NCBI GenBank assembly: GCA_015055815.1
Contig: SVHM01000002.1
Span: forward strand, 172,296-236,295
Reading direction: 5' to 3'
Origin: Clostridiales bacterium
GTDB taxonomy: Bacteria > Bacillota > Clostridia > Christensenellales > UBA1242
DNA length: 64,000 nucleotides
A program made the translations under genes and the position numbers. Positions 10,477-19,481 of this stretch are shown piece by piece (the first letter of the stretch is position 1; each line of letters begins with the position of its first letter). The notes beneath the pieces are model-generated. The model searched no databases. It saw only the letters and a list, made by a program, of their open reading frames with translations, and was not told where the DNA came from.

Positions 10477-11030
10477 TATAAATTATTAACATCTATCCCA
10501 TTTACCGATTTTTTATTAATAAACTTAATTATTGCTCCATTAATCTTTTCAAATACACCGCTTAAAATATCCAATTTTTCATTAGACATTTTGCTTAACA
10601 CATATGACGCCAAATCTCCACTTTCTGGTCTACCCGCACCTATTCTAATTCTAGGGAAATCTTCACCAATTCTTTTTACAATATCCCTAAGTCCATTATG
10701 CGTACCCGCACTGCCTTTTGCCCTTATTCTAATATCAGCAAAATTCAAATCAATATCATCAGATAAAAGTAGAATTTTACTTCCATCCAATTTATATAAA
10801 TTTTTAATTTCTTCAACAGCCTTTCCCGATAAATTCATAAACGTCTGGGGTTTAAGTAAAATTACTTTTTCTCCATCAATTACCTTCTCAGCCATAAGTG
10901 ACGAAAACTTATTTTTAGTAAAATCAAATCCGTTTTTCTCGGCAAAATAATCTAGCGCCATAAAGCCTAGATTGTGTACGGTATTTTCATAATTTTTGCC
11001 AGGATTACCTAGTCCCACTATTACTATCAT
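10476..11030 (-). CDS. pth: peptidyl-tRNA hydrolase
   Basis: MIVIVGLGNPG...YENTVHNLGF...GTHNGLRDI motifs. TAATG stop/start overlap with mfd. Confidence 0.95.
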   Translation of the reverse strand: MIVIVGLGNPGKNYENTVHNLGFMALDYFAEKNGFDFTKNKFSSLMAEKVIDGEKVILLKPQTFMNLSGKAVEEIKNLYKLDGSKILLLSDDIDLNFADIRIRAKGSAGTHNGLRDIVKRIGEDFPRIRIGAGRPESGDLASYVLSKMSNEKLDILSGVFEKINGAIIKFINKKSVNGIDVNNL

Positions 11031-11898
11031 TTCTTTCTCCTAAACGGCTATGACTTGCAATTTTCGATTTCGCTTCAACATTATAATTAACAATGCTAGA
11101 ATGACTTTCAATAATACTTTCTTCACCTATTAGTGCATTTAAAACATCACAAAAAGCCGAAATATAAACGTTTTTACCTAGTACAGAGTTTATCACATTA
11201 CTCCTAGAAATACAACACCCTTTGCCAATTTTTGAATTGTCTATTACATTATTTTCTTTTAATATAACATCATTCATTATCTTGGTTTTGCCTTTCAAAG
11301 TGTTATTAGGATATATAACAACACCATCTGAAATATCAACTTCTGGCTCTATATATGTACTACTTGGTTTTATAATTTCAACACCATTCTCCATGTGAAA
11401 ATCATTAATTCTTTTTTGCAAAACGTCCAAAGCATAATTAAATTGTTTTTTGTTTTCAACAATATAAAAGTTGTCTAAATTAAAAGAATATACACTATCA
11501 ACAAAATAATTATCTGTATTCAAAAGGTAATCGTTTTTAAAAATGTACCCGCTTGGAAGTTTACAAAGATTTACATCTTTAATGGTTGCATACTCAATAA
11601 TATTATCTATATCACTACTTTCTAGAAGTGGTGTCGACGACATCAAAAGTAGAGTATAATCAAAACTTTTATCAATATGTTTTTTAACATACGATAAAAT
11701 ATTATCACCCTTTGTAAAATCGACAAACTTTATACTTCTACCATTACAAGCAAACGCCACCCAATCATAAAGTTTTCTACCCAAAAGCATGCCATCATAA
11801 GAATTTTTTAAAAAAGGAACTTTGCAAATAATAACAGATGTACTTTTGCCTTTAATTTTTATTTTTTCTAATTTTTCAATGGCTTCTAATGTCTTCAT
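11005..11898 (-). CDS. truncated GlmU-like protein (degenerate nucleotidyltransferase fold plus short left-handed beta-helix)
   Basis: 297 aa, AGGGGAG RBS. Aligns by eye with GlmU (LLGRKLYDWV; TLLLMSSTPLL; GVEIIKPSSTYIEPEVDISDGVVIYPNN hexapeptide turns). The GxGTRM motif position reads CKVPFLK, and the acetyltransferase C-terminus is missing. Confidence 0.5.
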   Translation of the reverse strand: MKTLEAIEKLEKIKIKGKSTSVIICKVPFLKNSYDGMLLGRKLYDWVAFACNGRSIKFVDFTKGDNILSYVKKHIDKSFDYTLLLMSSTPLLESSDIDNIIEYATIKDVNLCKLPSGYIFKNDYLLNTDNYFVDSVYSFNLDNFYIVENKKQFNYALDVLQKRINDFHMENGVEIIKPSSTYIEPEVDISDGVVIYPNNTLKGKTKIMNDVILKENNVIDNSKIGKGCCISRSNVINSVLGKNVYISAFCDVLNALIGEESIIESHSSIVNYNVEAKSKIASHSRLGERNDSNSGTR

Positions 11899-12337
11899 TA
11901 TCTCCCCTTAAAGCACTAAAGAAATTACTAAGCATCTCATCACATTCTTTATTTAATATACCGCCTTCAACATCGCATTTATGATTGAAGTTATTATCTT
12001 TTGCAAGTTTAATTGTTCCAAATCTTTTATCTTTTGACCCGTAATAAATTTTATCAATTCTAGCACTTAATATTGCACCCATGCACATAAGACAAGGTTC
12101 TTTGGTAACATATATTTCACAACCCGAAAGCCTAAAATTTTTTACTTTTTTACTCGCTTTATTAATAGCTAAAATTTCAGCATGGTTAAGACAATTTTGT
12201 TTTTTTTCTTTAGTATTATGAGCTTTTGAAAGAACTTTTCCATCTTTTACAATAACAGCACCCACTGGCACGTCTTTTGACTTTATACATTTTTTACTTT
12301 CTTCCAAAGCCAAAGCCATATAATAATTTTTATCCAT
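11876..12337 (-). CDS. tadA: tRNA-specific adenosine deaminase
   Basis: HAEILAI and PCLMCMGAI zinc-binding deaminase motifs, 153 aa. Confidence 0.9.
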   Translation of the reverse strand: MDKNYYMALALEESKKCIKSKDVPVGAVIVKDGKVLSKAHNTKEKKQNCLNHAEILAINKASKKVKNFRLSGCEIYVTKEPCLMCMGAILSARIDKIYYGSKDKRFGTIKLAKDNNFNHKCDVEGGILNKECDEMLSNFFSALRGDNEDIRSH

Positions 12338-12342
12338 ATTTT

Positions 12343-12813
12343 CTATTTGTGATAGATTATATTATTTGTTATAGTACAGCTTCTATAAATTTGCTCAAGT
12401 AACATCATTCTAAATAATTGATGTGGAAAAGTCATTTTTGAAAAACTCAAACCCATATTTGCCTTTTTCTTTATCTCTTCGCATAGCCCATAACTGCCAC
12501 CTATGACAAAAGTTATAGTATCAAATGACAAGGCAACTTTTTCAATTTTTTGAGAAAATTCAACACTACTTAAGCATTCACCTTCTATATTTAAAACTAT
12601 CACAAAACCCTTTAAATATTTTTCAATTTTTGCACCTTCTTTAACAAGGCACTTTGATATATCTAGTTCAGAATAATTTTTAGGCAATTTTTCTTCTTCA
12701 ACTTCAATCATATTAATACTATGAAATCTACTTATTCTCTTAATGTATTCTTTACATCCGTCAATTAAATATTTTTCTTTTAGATTGCCTACAGTTACTA
12801 TATTAATTTTCAC
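12343..12813 (-). CDS. rlmH: 23S rRNA (pseudouridine1915-N3)-methyltransferase RlmH (SPOUT)
   Basis: 156 aa. MKINIVTVGNLKEKYL... with C-terminal knot region LFRMMLLEQIYR. Confidence 0.9.
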   Translation of the reverse strand: MKINIVTVGNLKEKYLIDGCKEYIKRISRFHSINMIEVEEEKLPKNYSELDISKCLVKEGAKIEKYLKGFVIVLNIEGECLSSVEFSQKIEKVALSFDTITFVIGGSYGLCEEIKKKANMGLSFSKMTFPHQLFRMMLLEQIYRSCTITNNIIYHK

Positions 12814-13944
12814 CTAAAACAACCCCCAAATATAAGTAAATAGCGTTACAAGTCCACTAAGCACAAATGCTCCCCACATAAATATTTTATCTTTAAAAGA
12901 CCATTTATAAATAGCTTTTTCTTTCGGCATTACTATATTTATAGGATTATCCATTTTTTGATAATCAAGATTTAGAAGAGTATTTGTTTCAATCAATTCT
13001 CTAATAACCTTTTCTTCTTCTACATAAACGGGTTTATTTGTCACAATTTCACCGCTACTTTTATAGACTTTGTCAATAGCATGATTAACTTTTCTCACAA
13101 TTGATTGCTTATATAATAACCATATCAGCAAGAATAACAATGCAACAACCACTATAACCACAATTGCACTTACAAAGAAAATCATAAATGTATTCCCGCT
13201 AAATAATGCTAATTGCAATTTTCCTAAAATATTACCGCCTATCCATCCCCTATTTGAAGCATAGCTAAGATAAGTACTTAAAAAATTATTCAAAAAGTGA
13301 ATTATAATTGCTGGAAAAATATTTTTAGCAACTACAGATGCAAACCCCATTATAAGTCCAACTATTATTGCATAAGATACTTGTTGAATATTAAAGTGAA
13401 TAAGTCCAAACATTAAAGATGAAATTACTATCGCTTTTTTAAAACCGATATGTTTAATACCTTGAAGAAGTAGTCCCCTGTGCAAAAACTCTTCAGCAAT
13501 TGCTGGCAAAATAGCAACTGTTATTATATCTATAATAAAATTCAAATCGGAATAATCACTACTTCCAGACGAATTAAATCTATATCCAGTATACGAAAGT
13601 ATACCATTAAATAAAGATGAAACAATAATATTTACAACAAAGCAAATTAAACCTAGTCCAATACTTATAAGAATTATTTGGATATTAATTTTGCCAAAGT
13701 TACAATCTTTAAAAATCCTTTTAGGTTTACTTTTGAAGAACAAACAAAATAAAATTGATGGAATTATAACTAGTATAACCACTTGCACCAAAAAAGAAAA
13801 CAAGATATCTCCCCAAATACCATCGGGAACATATCCTAATTGAGCAAATATTCTAAGCCCACAAAAAAGAAGCATAACAACATAATAAATAAGGAAAATT
13901 TTAAATATTGATTTACCCTTTTTCTCAGTACTATAATACTCCAT
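12814..13944 (-). CDS. CPBP-family intramembrane glutamic endopeptidase (CAAX protease-like)
   Basis: Motifs AEEFLHRGLL, FGLIHF, HFLNNF within a polytopic membrane protein. Confidence 0.8.
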   Translation of the reverse strand: MEYYSTEKKGKSIFKIFLIYYVVMLLFCGLRIFAQLGYVPDGIWGDILFSFLVQVVILVIIPSILFCLFFKSKPKRIFKDCNFGKINIQIILISIGLGLICFVVNIIVSSLFNGILSYTGYRFNSSGSSDYSDLNFIIDIITVAILPAIAEEFLHRGLLLQGIKHIGFKKAIVISSLMFGLIHFNIQQVSYAIIVGLIMGFASVVAKNIFPAIIIHFLNNFLSTYLSYASNRGWIGGNILGKLQLALFSGNTFMIFFVSAIVVIVVVALLFLLIWLLYKQSIVRKVNHAIDKVYKSSGEIVTNKPVYVEEEKVIRELIETNTLLNLDYQKMDNPINIVMPKEKAIYKWSFKDKIFMWGAFVLSGLVTLFTYIWGLF

Positions 13945-13956
13945 AAAACCCCTGCG

Positions 13957-15000
13957 TTACATAAATCCGTCAATTGTATTTATAAGCCAAATTATCCCTA
14001 GCAAAACAAAGCCAAATACCATATACATTTTTTCATTATACTTTAAATTTTTCCAAACTTGAGAAATTCCAATCTTTTCTTCTGGAACTTGAGCAAGCCT
14101 TTCTTTTTTTGCTTTCTTCGTTTCAAATCTAAAGAAATTTTTATTTCTCAAGTACTTCAAAACCCAGAATAGAATTGCAACAAGAACAACCCCAAGCAAG
14201 AATATTAAGAATGGGAAAAGCATGCTGAAAAAGTTATAGTAAAAAGTTTCATCTGCAGACAGATATGAAACGATATCAAAACACGAAAATATCAAAACAA
14301 GTACATTATTCAAAAAATGTAGCAAGAAAGAATACAAAATACATCCGCCCACCAAAGAGACATACGAAAGAAGTATTCCCATAATAAATTGATATACAGT
14401 TTGTTGTAATGAGCCATGCATCAATACAAACATTACAGTTGTAAGCAAAATAGTTGCAAAACCAGAAAATCTTGTATTTAAACTTTTCTGAATAATTCCC
14501 CTAAAAATCAATTCTTCAGCAATTGCTGGAAGAAATGCAAATATAAACACTCCCAAGAAAAAGTACGACCAACTACCAGCCATTTTCTCTTGTAAGGGAA
14601 TTGTATCATCGGGAGTAAAACCACCATTTGAAAAGAAAAAGTCAATTAAGTTCATGAAAGGCGTAAATAAGAATATTGCAATAATTGAAAGAACTATTGC
14701 AACCGATATTGGAAGCAAACTAATTTTCTGACCATCGCCAAGTGCATTAATATTTCTTACTTTATGAATTTTGTTGTACACAAAATAAAAGATAATAAAT
14801 ATTGTTGGGGTCACCATATATGAAATTATATCAAAAGTCTCCGTCTCAATAAATGCATTACTACCTTCTCCACCAAGAGCAATCAGCAATACCAACTGCA
14901 ACAAAAGAGAAACTACTCCAACAGTAATCGCCAAGTAGAAAAACACTTTGAACGCATCTAAGACGGTATAATTATTAAATTCCTTCTTAACTTTTCCCAT
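13957..15000 (-). CDS. CPBP-family intramembrane glutamic endopeptidase (second tandem copy)
   Basis: Motifs AEELIFRGII, MHGS, HFLNNV. The track ORF extends to 15066, but the Met at 15000 (MGKVKKEF) has an AAGGTG RBS. Confidence 0.8.
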   Translation of the reverse strand: MGKVKKEFNNYTVLDAFKVFFYLAITVGVVSLLLQLVLLIALGGEGSNAFIETETFDIISYMVTPTIFIIFYFVYNKIHKVRNINALGDGQKISLLPISVAIVLSIIAIFLFTPFMNLIDFFFSNGGFTPDDTIPLQEKMAGSWSYFFLGVFIFAFLPAIAEELIFRGIIQKSLNTRFSGFATILLTTVMFVLMHGSLQQTVYQFIMGILLSYVSLVGGCILYSFLLHFLNNVLVLIFSCFDIVSYLSADETFYYNFFSMLFPFLIFLLGVVLVAILFWVLKYLRNKNFFRFETKKAKKERLAQVPEEKIGISQVWKNLKYNEKMYMVFGFVLLGIIWLINTIDGFM

Positions 15001-15120
15001 AGAACACCTTGCAAGGATACTTTTTCTTATATTATATATATTACTATATAATCTTAAAATAATCAAGGTATTTTCGGAAATTTCTCACTTTTTATACACA
15101 ATCAATTCGACAAAAACATA

Positions 15121-15148
15121 CAAAGAAAAGATGAAAATTTTTCATCTT
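15121..15148 (-). terminator. intrinsic terminator after the htrA-like gene
   Basis: AAGATGA-loop-TCATCTT hairpin followed on the minus strand by a T-rich tract. Confidence 0.45.
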
Positions 15149-15160
15149 AAAAAGATAAGA

Positions 15161-16144
15161 TTATTTAAGTCTTATTTTTTTGGTGTAAAAATTTCCATCT
15201 TTAAAAAATTCAATTTCAATTTTATCAGATGTCTTATGCTTATACAATTCATCTTTTAAATCAAGAGTATCATTAATGACAGCTGAATTGATTTTGGTAA
15301 TAACTTCACCGCCTTGAAGCCCAGCATCCTTTATAGCACTTCCTTGAGCTACTGATATTACATAAAAACCTTTATCTAAATTTGTCTTACGATTGAACTT
15401 CGCAATCTCACTATCAACACCATAAACGCCAAGCTTTGGAACACTATAATTTTCATCCTTAATATAATTGCTAAGTAGTGATGAAAAACTCTTTGTCGGA
15501 ATAGCAAAACCAATACCTTCACCACTTGAAATTTTAAGTGTGTTTATGCCTATTACTTCACCTTTAGAATTGATTAACGGACCACCGCTATTTCCAGGAT
15601 TTAAACTAGCATCATGCTGAATTAAATTCTGCATATACCCTTCACCATTATTACTTCCAGTTTTAATTGTTCTATCAACCGCACTCACAATTCCTTTTGT
15701 AAAAGTGTGAATTAAATTTAAACTCAAAGGGGTACCTACTGCCAATATATCATCACCTACTGACATTTTATCACTATCTCCCAACAATAAATATGGCAAA
15801 TCTTTATTGCACTTTAATATAGCTAAATCTAAAACAGTATCTTCATAAATTATTTTTGCAGTCGTCTGAGACTTATCATGTAAGTATAAAATTATATCTT
15901 CACAACCATGTACTACGTGAGAGTTTGTAAGAACATACCCATTACCCGAAACAGACACACCGCTACCAACTGACGAAGAACTTCCAGATATACCACTTAT
16001 ACCCACAACAGCAGGGCTAATATATTTAGCAATCGTACCAATTGAACTTTCATCATCAAATGAAATAACACTACCCGAAACTGTATTAATAGAACACCCT
16101 ACAAAGAATACAGAAAACAGTATAATCATTAAAATTTTTTTCAT
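15161..16144 (-). CDS. HtrA/DegP-family serine protease with C-terminal PDZ domain
   Basis: GNSGGPLIN catalytic serine motif, His region TNSHVV, N-terminal anchor/lipobox-like FFVGCS. Start moved to 16144 (AGGTGG RBS). Confidence 0.85.
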   Translation of the reverse strand: MKKILMIILFSVFFVGCSINTVSGSVISFDDESSIGTIAKYISPAVVGISGISGSSSSVGSGVSVSGNGYVLTNSHVVHGCEDIILYLHDKSQTTAKIIYEDTVLDLAILKCNKDLPYLLLGDSDKMSVGDDILAVGTPLSLNLIHTFTKGIVSAVDRTIKTGSNNGEGYMQNLIQHDASLNPGNSGGPLINSKGEVIGINTLKISSGEGIGFAIPTKSFSSLLSNYIKDENYSVPKLGVYGVDSEIAKFNRKTNLDKGFYVISVAQGSAIKDAGLQGGEVITKINSAVINDTLDLKDELYKHKTSDKIEIEFFKDGNFYTKKIRLK

Positions 16145-16179
16145 AAAAAATACCACCTAAATTTCGTAGATGGCAATTT

Positions 16180-16965
16180 TTAATTCACAACATATATAGG
16201 TCCAATACCATTAGGCTTGGCTATATCTAATTTTATATGTACATTAGGCTCAACACCCACCGACATAAGATAATCACAAACAGTTTTATAGCATAAATCG
16301 GGAGTATTGTTTTCTTCGCTTAAATGCGCAAACAATACTTGTCTAACATTATGTTGAGCAAGTTCAACGACTACCTTTGCACTATTTATATTACTAAGAT
16401 GACCATACTTGCCCAAAATTCTCGCTTTCAAAACTGCAGGATATTTAGTACTTGCAACAACCATTTTTTCATCATGGTTGGCTTCTAATATTACCAATCT
16501 ACTATCATATAGTTTTTCAACTATATCATTAGTAGTATATCCCAAATCTGTTACAATACTTATCTTATTATCATTTTCACAAATATTAAACCCAACACAA
16601 TAGACATCATGACTAACATGAAAAGTAGAAATAACAAAATCTCCAAGCTGAAAAGGAACATCATTAAATCTTATAATATTACTTTGAGTAATTTTACCCT
16701 TCTTTACAACACCATCACAAGAATTATAATGACAGTATACTGGAACATTATATTTATTAACAAGCCCACAAAGTCCTTTAGTGTGGTCACCATGCTCGTG
16801 AGAAATAACTACCCCTACAACCTTAGAGATATCAAGACCCAAAATATTAAATTTTTCTTCTAGCTCTTTACAAGATATTCCCATGTCAACAATTACAATT
16901 TCATAATCGTTATAAACTATAGTACAATTACCCTTAGACGAACTAGCAAGGGAGCAAACACGCAT
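16180..16965 (-). CDS. MBL-fold metallo-hydrolase, YycJ/WalJ-like
   Basis: HEHGDH motif, 261 aa. Followed by an HtrA-like protease and rlmH, mirroring B. subtilis yycJ-yyxA...yydA. Confidence 0.8.
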   Translation of the reverse strand: MRVCSLASSSKGNCTIVYNDYEIVIVDMGISCKELEEKFNILGLDISKVVGVVISHEHGDHTKGLCGLVNKYNVPVYCHYNSCDGVVKKGKITQSNIIRFNDVPFQLGDFVISTFHVSHDVYCVGFNICENDNKISIVTDLGYTTNDIVEKLYDSRLVILEANHDEKMVVASTKYPAVLKARILGKYGHLSNINSAKVVVELAQHNVRQVLFAHLSEENNTPDLCYKTVCDYLMSVGVEPNVHIKLDIAKPNGIGPIYVVN

Positions 16966-17510
16966 TACATTTTTCCTTTTAATTCACTTATAAGACTACT
17001 AACATCTATTTCAAAATAATTCAAAATAGCAAGAGCAAAATCAATAGCAGTTGCTGGCGATTGACTTGTTATTACATTACCCGAAACAACAACTGGGCTA
17101 TCAATAAAGTTTTCTAAATTTGCAATAAGATCTGAAGATGGATAACAGGTTGCACCCTTACCACGCAATATATTTGTTTTAGAAAAAACAATTGATGGAG
17201 TTGCACAAATTCCCGCAATTAATTTTTCATTGTTATTAAAATCTTCAAGCAACGATAGTATATCATTTGTCTCACTTAAAGTGATAGCATTTTTCATCCC
17301 ACCTACAAGCACAACGCCATCAAATTCTGAAAGACCAAAACAATTAAAAATTTCATCACAAGTAATGGTAATTCCATGCGCTCCAGTAATATTAACATCA
17401 CCAAGCCCAAGCACTTCTACTTCAACTCCACCCCTTCTTAGTACGTCTACTGTAGAAACGCATTCCATTTCCTCAAATCCTTCAGATATTACAACTGCTA
17501 ATCTTTTCAT
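16965..17510 (-). CDS. DJ-1/PfpI-family protein
   Basis: 181 aa. Nucleophile-elbow AGICATPS. VLVGGM pattern. Confidence 0.85.
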   Translation of the reverse strand: MKRLAVVISEGFEEMECVSTVDVLRRGGVEVEVLGLGDVNITGAHGITITCDEIFNCFGLSEFDGVVLVGGMKNAITLSETNDILSLLEDFNNNEKLIAGICATPSIVFSKTNILRGKGATCYPSSDLIANLENFIDSPVVVSGNVITSQSPATAIDFALAILNYFEIDVSSLISELKGKM

Positions 17511-17573
17511 TACTACATCCTTTTTGTAATTTATTATATGGTTTTATGTCAAATACATAATAGTTGATGTCAT

Positions 17574-18320
17574 TTATTTAATGGTTATCATTGATTTTGT
17601 AACCACTGTACCATCAGTCAATTTTAATTCAAAGTAAACTTTTTTATCGTTCATTTTTCTGAAAATATTTATCTCATCACCCAGTACCGTTTGGTTTATA
17701 TAATGTATTTCAAAAGTATCAATTTCATTATTTTCATAAATGTCTAATGGCAAAGTACTCAAACAAAATTTTACGCATTCAACATTGTTTGTATGCTTGT
17801 AAAAATCAAGGTGACTTAAATCAACTTTTATAGTTTTTACAAAATCTTCATCCGTCAATTCTTCAGCAAATTTTGTAAAAGCAAGTTCATTATTTTCAAG
17901 ACCACTCTCACATATATCTTTTGGGAAAAGAGTACTATGAACCGTTCTTAATTTTCTACTATCACCATCAACCGCACACATTTCTTGAATACCACAAACT
18001 ATAACTTTATCATTTAGATAAATATTATTTGAAAGCGTTACTCTAATATTTGATTTTTTCGCCACATTAGTTTTAATCTTAATTTTGTCTAACCAACTAG
18101 CATATTCATTAAATTTAATCAGCGTCTTTGTAATTACGAAAAAGGCATTACATATAGGAAGCATAGTAAGTCCATCTGCCCCATTCTTTTCAAAGAACTC
18201 ACACATATTATCTTGCATACAAATAACACTTCCTACAAGACCAAGTTTAGACTTAGTATCCAAAAGACTTGCATTTACTACATGTTCATTTATAAGTTCG
18301 TTTGTCATATTTTTCTCCAC
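17574..18320 (-). CDS. acyl-ACP thioesterase-like (double hotdog) protein
   Basis: Length (248 aa) and segment pattern (MQDNMCEFFEKNG...FFVITKTLIKFNEYASWLDKIKIKT) resemble bacterial FatA-like thioesterases. Assigned from memory only. Confidence 0.45.
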   Translation of the reverse strand: MEKNMTNELINEHVVNASLLDTKSKLGLVGSVICMQDNMCEFFEKNGADGLTMLPICNAFFVITKTLIKFNEYASWLDKIKIKTNVAKKSNIRVTLSNNIYLNDKVIVCGIQEMCAVDGDSRKLRTVHSTLFPKDICESGLENNELAFTKFAEELTDEDFVKTIKVDLSHLDFYKHTNNVECVKFCLSTLPLDIYENNEIDTFEIHYINQTVLGDEINIFRKMNDKKVYFELKLTDGTVVTKSMITIK

Positions 18321-18401
18321 CTAATTAGTATAACATAATTAAACACACTTTCCAATTAATTTTTTATTAACAACATTTAAATTATTATCATATATTTAAA
18401 T

Positions 18402-19451
18402 ATGTTTAGTTTAAGTGTTTGTTTTATTATAAAAAATGAAGAAGCCACACTTGATAGAATTTTAAATCAAGTTAAAATTTTTGCTGATGAAATAATTATA
18501 GTTGACACAGGGTCTACCGACAAATCTATTGACATTGCCAAGAAATACACCGATAATATTTTTCAATTTGAGTGGTGTAACGATTTTTCAAAAGCAAGAA
18601 ATTTTTCTTTTTCCAAAGCCACAAAAGATTATATTATGTGGTTGGATGCTGATGATTATATTAGCCCAAATAATATTACTAAAATATTAAAGTTAAAAAC
18701 CCAACCAACAGACACACATGTATTTATGTTAAAGTATGTCATGAAAGACAAAAGCGGAAATACCACTTTGGAATTTTTCAGAGAAAGAATTTTAAAAAAC
18801 AGATGCGGTTTTATTTGGCACGGTTTTGTTCATGAAGTTATTACACCAAAAGGCAAAATTGAATATTTGGATATAGAAATTGAACACAGAAAAATAAATG
18901 CGGGTAACCCTAAAAGAAATTTAAATCTATACAACATAGCAAAGAAAAATGGTATTAAGTTTTCGGCAAGAGAGCAGTATTATTACGCAAGAGAATTATA
19001 TTACAACAATTACTTTCATTCATCCGAAAAAGCTTTTAAAAAGTATTTATCCTTAAATAATAAATACCCGCCAGATATAACAGGTGCGTACCTTATGCTT
19101 ACTAAAATTTATATATCAAGAAGCAGTTTCAAAAGAGCAAAAAACATACTATTTGATTATTTGAAAAAATACTCTCCCACACATGAAATTATTAACACTT
19201 TAGCATATTTATATGACATTGAAGGAGATATTACAAGTGCTATATTTTATTACAACGCTTCACTTAATTGCGAGATACAGCAATTAGGATTTGTAAACCC
19301 AGACGAATTTGCATTTATTCCCCACGTAGAACTTAGTCGACTTTATTACAAACAAGGCAATTTCGACCTTGCTAAATATCATCACAATCAAGCAAAAAAG
19401 ATTAAACCAAACCACACATCTATTATTTATAATAATCAATTTTTTAAGTAA
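18402..19451 (+). CDS. family-2 glycosyltransferase with C-terminal TPR-like repeats
   Basis: SVCFIIKNEE...IIIVDTGSTD...WLDADD motifs. Helical repeat C-terminus. No obvious SD. Confidence 0.8.
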   Translation: MFSLSVCFIIKNEEATLDRILNQVKIFADEIIIVDTGSTDKSIDIAKKYTDNIFQFEWCNDFSKARNFSFSKATKDYIMWLDADDYISPNNITKILKLKTQPTDTHVFMLKYVMKDKSGNTTLEFFRERILKNRCGFIWHGFVHEVITPKGKIEYLDIEIEHRKINAGNPKRNLNLYNIAKKNGIKFSAREQYYYARELYYNNYFHSSEKAFKKYLSLNNKYPPDITGAYLMLTKIYISRSSFKRAKNILFDYLKKYSPTHEIINTLAYLYDIEGDITSAIFYYNASLNCEIQQLGFVNPDEFAFIPHVELSRLYYKQGNFDLAKYHHNQAKKIKPNHTSIIYNNQFFK

Positions 19452-19478
19452 AAAAGCAATCATTAATGATTGCTTTTT
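19451..19478. terminator. bidirectional intrinsic terminator
   Basis: Perfect palindrome AGCAATCATTAATGATTGCT flanked by A and T runs, between convergent genes. Confidence 0.7.
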
Positions 19479-19481
19479 ATC

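Noticed and set aside
10591-10950. 119-aa + strand ORF, and the many other 60-144-aa track ORFs antisense to or nested in long genes (e.g. 803..1021, 3129..3311, 5629..5934, 8474..8776, 17230..17529, 24003..24341, 29224..29469, 35770..36054, 40854..41138, 58355..58789, 63540..63884)
   Set aside because: These are shadow ORFs inside well-supported genes. They have low-complexity or stop-poor AT-rich frames and no RBS. Their compositions (Ser/Leu/Phe/Ile-rich) are typical of antisense translation.
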